The notes beneath the pieces were generated by a model. That model had not been told where the DNA came from. It did no database searches and saw nothing but the letters and a program-made list of their open reading frames with translations. From positions 136,987,316-137,004,909 of the forward strand of contig JANKJI020000002.1 of the NCBI GenBank assembly GCA_024626585.2: a DNA stretch of 17,594 nucleotides, read 5' to 3'. The position numbers were made by a program, and so were the translations under genes. The stretch is from Ginkgo biloba. Lineage: Eukaryota > Plantae > Ginkgophyta. This document shows positions 11,101 through 17,594 of the stretch, one piece after another. Numbering within the stretch: the first letter of the stretch is position 1; every line of letters begins with the position of its first letter.

Positions 11101-14100
11101 AGGTTAAAACAAGTTCTTACACACAAGGTCTTTGCTAGTACCTACTGTAGCGGGTTTCAAACAAACAATATCCTCATAGTGGTTACAATGCAATTGCAAG
11201 CTGCCATAAACAGGGTTCTAGGTTATTTATTCACAACGCAATGCATAGTCTAAGACCCTCATAACGCTACTCATCATAATGTCAACAATCATATTCAAAA
11301 TGCAAGCAAATACCTTATGACTTAGGGCGCAATGCTATGAAAGGTCTGAATCTAACAATCTAAGGTACACATACCTCTAAGGCATCATGCTAAATCATGA
11401 ACGCAAATTTAAACCATACAAAAGTACAAACAATACTGCAGTAACATAAACAAATAAAACATCACATACCTTTATAGGCTACTTCCCCTAGTGTTCTACT
11501 TTCTCCAAAGGTCTTAGGAGCCTTCTTCAACAAAACATCACTTTCTGGAATCCCCTAGGTGCAACGACCTTACTCTAATTATGATGCAATTAATATGCAG
11601 AACTGGACACAATATAGCTACTAGAATCAGTTTCGTAGCTTTCCATCTTAGTTCGGCCTTCTTCTGCAACTCAAAACAACTCCAAATGACGTAGGAATTC
11701 TCCCAATGATAGCACCTTTAGTGACAACAATATCTAGAGGTTCTTCCCTTCAAGAATCCCCTTAGAAAAGTCGCCAAAAAGTAGAGATAATATTTTGCCC
11801 AGGCTTAGGGTAGCAAGGAAGCAGAAAATGCGACTTCTAGGAGCAATAGTCAATATGGTAGATGTAGAGAAAGAGAAAGCCAATGTAGAGAATGATGGAA
11901 TGATGACCTTTGACATCATCCTCAACCTTCATTTTACACTTTTAGGTGGACATCAACTGTACTTGATGTCAGCCCACAAGTAGACTCACTTAGCCTTAAT
12001 AATCCTTTGCTAAGGGTAAAAGGCTCCTTGGATGGCCAGCGCTAGGGATTTTGGCACGTTGATACCCCTTTTTAAGTTGTTTTTAGGTCTCTTAAGAGTG
12101 CCCCCATCATAATTAGCCTCCATCTTTAGAATTAACATACTTGCATCATAGTTAAGCTCTTTCCTAGAGATGTATGTAATTGATAAGGCCCGTTTGACTT
12201 CGAAAGGACTAGTTAATGCATCTAAGCCTTTATTCCTCTTAGCTGACATGACTGTTGCTTGTGCTTTGACCAAGGTTGCCTAGGCTGTAACACCATCCAC
12301 ATCATCATTGAATCTACCACGTCATACTAGAGCTGCCATGTCATTTGGATTTGTCACATCATGTTGGATATGCCATGTCATCCAATATCTCGCCATGTCG
12401 TTCTACAATGTCATCAAGGTGTTTCACTCCTTCAAATGCCATGTCATCCAACACCAATTAACATATTTTTCATCAATGTCTTCTTATTTCGTTGGGTATA
12501 AATCTCTTGCTAACAAATGCAACCATTAGCTCCTAGTAGCTATTAGAGATCTACTAGACTCCACCCCTNNNNNNNNNNNNNNNNNNNNNNNNNNNNNNNN
12601 NNNNNNNNNNNNNNNNNNNNNNNNNNNNNNNNNNNNNNNNAAGATAAGTGTATATGTTACGGTATCCTCCCTTTACTAATAGTTTTGTGGTTTACCAATT
12701 AAACCCTGTGGTTATACCAACAACCCTAAGCCAGAAAACCCTATCAATAGAAGAATTCACCATCACTGCACCAACAAACCGCAAGACATGACTGTAACAA
12801 CAGCCATCTGGTTCATAGCTACACCAATAGCTATAAACCCTGCAGCGACACCTATAGTCGCAATTAGTAGAAAACAACACGAACATCCACTTAGCTAAAA
12901 ATACCAAAAAGCCAACTATCAGTTAACCCAAACCATGCATGCAAGGGATAAATTACCTTTCATACAAAGGCACCTTCAATCAAGGCATAATTATCCCTTG
13001 GAAGGTCTCAAGTTGGAGCCCTATCTTTCAGCCAAGTCGCTAGGGGTTTGTAGTAAAAAGGTAGGGAAATTTTAGAAATTAAGTTTCAGCATGTATGCAT
13101 TAAAGAAAAATCACTATAAACATGTTCTATGCTATGGCTTCTGTATAGAATGTTGTGTGCAAATGAAATATAACAATGTCTCATTCAGGATAGGACCTAG
13201 AGGACCTTACTCTGACTGTAAGAGGAAGCGGCCTGTGTTTCAATTGATGCTGGATAGTATGAATAATGAAAGATGTGATAAAATGATTCAATAGCTTGGA
13301 GCTAAAACAAATAAAGGAGTGCACGCAACTAGTAACAAAGAAACAGGAGAATGGTATAGAGGTCAATCAAATGAGATTATAGCTAAGATCATGAGAAACA
13401 AAGAACATGCCATGACTTTCTTAGCACAATGACCAACATTGTAGAGTAGCCAGCACCCAAACTTTGTGAAAGCTATGTCACAAACCAGCAACTTCAGAAA
13501 GGTGGTACAATCTGGACTCATATAGGATGGTGATGGAGACAGAGAAGAGAATTCAAATGTGGATGGAGTCAACGATTAGAAATGCAGTGGTGAGGGAAAT
13601 AGCCAATCAACGATTACAGCAAGCAATGATGGAAACTCTGTCCAATCTAGCAAAGAGAGCAGCCGAGATTAAACCCAGAAAATTGTATAAACATGTAATA
13701 GAACAGCTCCTGATTGACACAAGGAGACAACAAAATATAAACATGATATGCCAGCACAACTTCAGCAACCCAGAAGACTTGGGGGGATGGGATACAGAAC
13801 TGGCAATTAACTTCACTTTTCAGAAAAACAAGTTGCCATAAAACCAACACAGGTGTATCAGCCAATCACCCATTGGGACAATGGTGGCATAAGTCTTCAA
13901 AGGCAACCCAAATTCAAGCAAATGAAGCAAGCTGCGAAGCTGTCCACCCAGTCCCTCCAGTAATGAGAAGAGGCGTTCAATGAACATTGGCAAGGAAACC
14001 GAGTAACAGACAACCAGGAGAATTAAACCCCAGTCCTATATATAGGGATGTTAACATTTATGTAAATACAGATAGTAGTAATAAGCAGCTTGAACAGACC

Positions 14101-16049
14101 TATAGGTAGACTGATGTTAGCTGAATGTAAACAGGCATCATATCCTTTGGAAGATTTCCCAGACAGCAGTAGTATGTAAACATTCTTTTTTAATATAATA
14201 TGTCATTTTCACAAAAAAATCAGATTTTCGGAAGCAGTAATAGAGGTTACAGAGATGCCTAAATGCATTGGACAAGCATATCTGAAGCCGAATTCTGTCC
14301 CTGACCATGGCAGCACGAGAATGCATCTAGCAACTGGGAAGCTCTTCCTTACCAAGTTTTCTGTATTTCTAATTTATTGAATTAGCCAATTAANNNNNNN
14401 NNNNNNNNNNNNNNNNCACACATTCGGGTGTTCACTTGACTCTGAGAGTTTAGAACATTATTTGTAGGCCAATCCTGTTTCGCCATAACATTCTGAAATT
14501 AAACACACCTGAGAAAGACGTCCAGCCTCCAAAGCTTCCCGAAATCTATTTTGTAAGGCCTCTTTAACAGCAATGACTTCCTTTTCCGGCACTGCAAAGC
14601 ATACAGAGTGCTCACTACTTGCCTGTGTACAAGCTACAAAATTAGTATGCTCACCAACCAGTTCTACAGAACAAAAGGAACAAACTTATTGAGTTTAAAT
14701 ACCTGGGATATCATGATCACATTTGCACCGACATCTTTGACTGCACTGAAAATTTCACTGGCAGTGCCAGGGACACCAGCCATTCCAGTTCTGCAAAAAC
14801 AATACCAAACCATTGTGTCTGAGAATACACCAACAGAATTTTCCAAAACTGATATTTAATCATTCTTCAGACAATAAGCAAAAATATTTTCTGCTGTTCC
14901 AACCAGGAAATGCAATAGTCCAGCATGGCTACACACCCTTCAACATTTATGAGTGCCAAATTGTCAATGGTTGCAAAACCTTTTACAAGAGAGTCTGAAC
15001 ATGACTGAGACTCCTCGACCTCTGTAACATAAGGTTGACATATGTTTGTCCCAGGAGATGAAAGATTGAACACATTTCTTATGGTAATAGGAATATTGTA
15101 CTTCATCACTGGTATTATTGTACGTGGATGCAACACATTTGCCCCAAAATATGACTGCAAGTCCAAACAATGTTTCAGAATACATATTGGTACTCCAGAG
15201 TGCCTGGAGATCAAAGTTAATTACATGTAACATCAAGAAAGAAATGCAACCTTGTTCAGCAAAAGATAGTAGACTGTTAGTTTACCATTTCCCATGCCTC
15301 TTGGTAAGAAAGTGTCTTCAAAATCACAGCCTCGCCAACTGTAGAATCACAAGATCAAAANNNNNNNNNNNNNNNNNNNNNNNNNNNNNNNNNNNNNNNN
15401 NNNNNNNNNNNNNNNNNNNNNNNNNNNNNNNNNNNNNNNNNNNNNNNNNNNNNNNNNNNNNNNNNNNNNNNNNNNNNNNNNNNNNNNNNNNNNNNNNNNN
15501 NNNNNNNNNNNNNNNNNNNNNNNNNNNNNNNNNNNNNNNNNNNNNNNNNNNNNNNNNNNNNNNNNNNNNNNNNNNNNNNNNNNNNNNNNNNNNNNNNNNN
15601 NNNNNNNNNNNNNNNNNNNNNNNNNNNNNNNNNNNNNNNNNAAAGTTGTTGGAAGATGTTCTTTTGTGCTAGCAATAAATCCTGTTGCAACAATCATCGC
15701 AGCAGGAGTGCACAAGTACCATTTGTTGAGCTTTTCTTCTGATGCTGCAAAATCAGGGTCTACTTGATTTGAACTAGCTAGGTTAACAACAAGCACCTCT
15801 CTAGTGTCCATCCAGACACAAGGTGTTCCACGCTGCATGACAAATTGTGAATATTGGTCAAGACCTATGGTCTCACTCACTCGCCAAACAATTGAAAATC
15901 ACTTTTTTATACATTGACTCAACAAAGATTGGATTTTAATTTACAATATTGCCATCATACCTTTCTGATGGTGGCTGCCAACATCTGTGCAGACCACAAC
16001 TCTCCATGCCCTACAACGAAATCTGAAAAGGACTCTGTAGCATGACCAG
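7910..16049 (-). CDS. AK-HSDH: Bifunctional aspartate kinase/homoserine dehydrogenase (plant AK-HSDH), partial spliced gene: join of 16049-15961, 15832-15642(+gap), 15338-15286, 15154-14937, 14790-14703, 14622-14509, 8509-8411, 8104-7910
   Basis: Manual splicing gives one stop-free protein with plant AK-HSDH motifs: GHGELWSAQ, WMDTREVL, ATGFIAST, LSYQEAWEMSYFGANVLHPRT, ACT1 (NVEGTGMAGVPG...MISQASSEHS), ACT2 (AVGQRMASTPG...AIAQGCSEYNIT) and Rossmann GPGLIG. All visible splice sites are GT/AG with matching phases. Confidence 0.97.
8411..8509 (-). CDS. AK-HSDH: AK-HSDH exon (ACT2): VDVISDCSILAAVGQRMASTPGVSATLFNALAK
   Basis: 99 nt. AG at 8511-8510, GT at 8410-8409. Follows a ~6 kb phase-0 intron. 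Confidence 0.96.
8619..8675. repeat. Compound microsatellite (TG)n(AG)n
   Basis: Interrupted TG run followed directly by a GA run, about 110 bp upstream (minus sense) of the acceptor at 8510. Confidence 0.95.
9280..10120 (+). mobile_element. Decayed Ty3/gypsy (Athila/Tat-like) reverse transcriptase
   Basis: NLGTEENP...EYKNVFACTYHDLKEV...WVSPIVISRKKNDKLCICVHF*KLN..TKKDPFP...FLDGFFGYNKI...MPFALCNAPITFQR...VFLDN (decayed F/YxDD)...GKLLGHIV, with stops and frameshifts. Confidence 0.93.
10515..11541. repeat. Two diverged direct copies of a ~465-bp sequence (10515-10981 and 11082-11541) separated by a 100-N gap
   Basis: Collinear throughout. Hand alignment of 10741-10860 vs 11309-11428 gives 15 mismatches in 120 nt, 13 of them transitions. 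Confidence 0.93.
12295..12452. repeat. Array of ~8 GCCA(C/T)GTCATC-like motifs
   Basis: ccacatcat, ccacgtcat, gccatgtcat (x3), tcacatcat, gccatgtcgt and caatgtcatc, mostly 15-20 nt apart. Confidence 0.75.
14509..14622 (-). CDS. AK-HSDH: AK-HSDH exon: ASSEHSVCFAVPEKEVIAVKEALQNRFREALEAGRLSQ
   Basis: 114 nt. AG at 14624-14623, GT at 14508-14507. Confidence 0.96.
14703..14790 (-). CDS. AK-HSDH: AK-HSDH exon (ACT1): TGMAGVPGTASEIFSAVKDVGANVIMISQ
   Basis: 88 nt. Its first base completes the phase-2 Gly codon. AG at 14792-14791, GT at 14702-14701. Confidence 0.96.
14937..15154 (-). CDS. AK-HSDH: AK-HSDH exon: SYFGANVLHPRTIIPVMKYNIPITIRNVFN...VKGFATIDNLALINVEG
   Basis: 218 nt. AG at 15156-15155, GT at 14936-14935, ends in phase 2. 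Confidence 0.96.
15286..15338 (-). CDS. AK-HSDH: AK-HSDH exon: (V)GEAVILKTLSYQEAWEM
   Basis: 53 nt. Acceptor tacAG at 15340-15339, donor GT at 15285-15284. Confidence 0.94.
15642..15832 (-). CDS. AK-HSDH: AK-HSDH exon (3' end lost in N gap): RGTPCVWMDTREVLVVNLASSNQVDPDF...ATGFIASTKEHLPTT
   Basis: Acceptor cAG at 15834-15833. Matches part of ORF 15347..15880 and runs into gap 15361-15641. Confidence 0.93.
15961..16049 (-). CDS. AK-HSDH: AK-HSDH exon: (A)GHATESFSDFVVGHGELWSAQMLAATIRK
   Basis: 89 nt. Acceptor tgcAG at 16051-16050, donor GT at 15960-15959. Too short for the ORF track. Confidence 0.95.
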
Positions 16050-17594
16050 CTGCATCCATGATGTTAGAGAACTGAGAGAAATAATCAAATTGCATGCCAC
16101 CTCAACAAACAGAGAACATATATGTTACAGTCCCAATCTAAAGGCATCTCTCAAGACCAGCTGCAAACAAGAAGAGACCATAAAGCAATGTAGAAGACAA
16201 TGAAGCTTGAGCAAGGCATTAAGACCAGCAAAGAGTACAAATTGATCGATGAAGGCAGATGGAAGCATAGCCCTAATCATGACCTTCAGAAAAAGTGATC
16301 ACATCGAGTTAAGAAACAAACTAGAAGAGGCTAAGAAGGCAAAGGAAGCCTTAATTTAGCCAAACAGGGAGGCAGGATGCCAACGGGGCCACAGGACAGC
16401 TAAGAAGATAGGTAATTATTAATTAATCTATGAACGACTTTCTCAGGCACAAGTACAAATAGAGTTAACACAGTTTCCAAGGTTGACTTAAAAATGAAGG
16501 CCAGGGGGCAAACCCAAGCCATCAAAAACATACATAAGGGCCAGAAAGATCGCACTTCGGTCATCTCTCATCAGACCTCTTATTTGAATTTGCCATATAA
16601 CCAAAATCTTCAGAAGTACTACAACTTATAGACACCTCTCCCACTATATCTTAGTTTGAGAGAACTTTTTCCAACTTCACCCTATCATTTGAAGATTTTC
16701 TGAGATCAACAACTCACAATTTCTGCTCCAAATTGCAATTCACAATAAAGGAAAGCCCTTCACCTTACAACTGGAAGGATTTCTTCCCCTTCGACCTGCT
16801 CCAGGAACACTCTACTTCAGCTGGAACTTGCATTTTTCGGACATAAGATACTTTGGCCTGTTACAAAAAGCTCAACTTTGACCTCGCCCTGTCTTCGAGG
16901 GTCAACAGATACAGCAATTTGGATTTGAGCTCTATTAAGATTCAGTCTACAAGGATTTGAAGAATGCACTACAAGTGCCATTTTGAGGTATGAACAGTAG
17001 TTCAGCCCCAATTTTTGTACTTTGCATTGCATTTCTGAATACTGCAGTCTGTTTGCCCTATTTTCTGAAGTTGTCAAGCAGTTCAATGGTCCTATGAAGA
17101 CCCGCAACTGACACAAAAACCCCATTCTAGGGTTTGTTGGGCTGTAGAAGGCTTGAAAAAGGTGAAGAACAAGTTGTAAGGGTTGTAGAGTTAGTTTGGT
17201 ATGCTTCCACACTTTTTTTTGTTATTCATGTTGTTTCATTTTTCGAGTACTTGATAGCGCTTGTGATGTAAGCAACATGAATGATTTATGAAAGACGAAC
17301 CACTGCGAAAGCATTTGCCAAGAACGAAAGTTGGGGGCTACCTACTTTGATTTCAACATCATTAGGTTTGTTTCATTTCCAATATAAAATAGTCATCCAT
17401 AGATTTTATATTAGTGAATGTTTGTTCGATAGATTGTTGGTAGTAAATGGTTATCTGCATGGATTCCATGGGGCTGAAACCCTATGTTGTTATGCTTTTG
17501 GGACCCAATTGTCCTTTGGGTATGACAAGGCAAAGGAATGGAAATGGAATCATGACGATCCTAGGCTGTTGATGAAGCATGGATGGTTGTTATA

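Larger units (their letters stand above)
10466..12515 (-). mobile_element. Putative long LTR (or two juxtaposed LTR copies) of an LTR retrotransposon
   Basis: Bounded by TGTTAGCA (10466-10473) and TGCTAACA (12508-12515), a TG...CA terminal inverted repeat. Non-coding, with a CCACGTCA-derived motif array near one end. No TSD. Strand inferred from motif position. Confidence 0.55.

Noticed and set aside
12942-13000. 10-bp inverted repeat CAAGGGATAA/TTATCCCTTG as a miRNA-like hairpin
   Set aside because: The stem is short and the interior pairs poorly, so it is compatible with chance.
958-15880. ORF-track entries spanning X runs (e.g. 958..1272, 3771..4184, 6860..7169, 15118..15672)
   Set aside because: They are artefacts of translating through N gaps.
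16817-17212. 131-aa minus-strand ORF as an upstream AK-HSDH exon or transit peptide
   Set aside because: No similarity to the expected upstream AK sequence (KFGG, VVSAM, LKAMLRAIYI) and no recognisable domain.
1-17594. A novel multi-gene system, CRISPR array or prokaryotic operon
   Set aside because: The sequence is a spliced plant gene plus TE debris. There is no regular repeat-spacer array and no long intact unknown ORF.

Overview
Eukaryotic (land plant) draft-assembly DNA, AT-rich, with ten N gaps. The minus strand carries the middle of an intron-containing bifunctional aspartate kinase/homoserine dehydrogenase (AK-HSDH) gene. Eight exons or exon parts (16049 to 7910) have GT-AG boundaries and compatible phases. 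They encode the C-terminal half of the kinase domain, both ACT domains and the start of the HSDH Rossmann fold. The 5' exons and most of HSDH are not visible. The remainder is probably intron, filled with decayed transposable elements: a Ty1/copia protease-region fragment fused to a Ty3/gypsy RNase H fragment, a PBS+gag remnant, an Athila/Tat-like RT remnant, a long LTR-like unit with an internal duplication, a hairpin-rich MITE-like end and a microsatellite. I found no support for a novel biological system. The most notable items are the TE-expanded intron architecture and several junction and repeat signatures.
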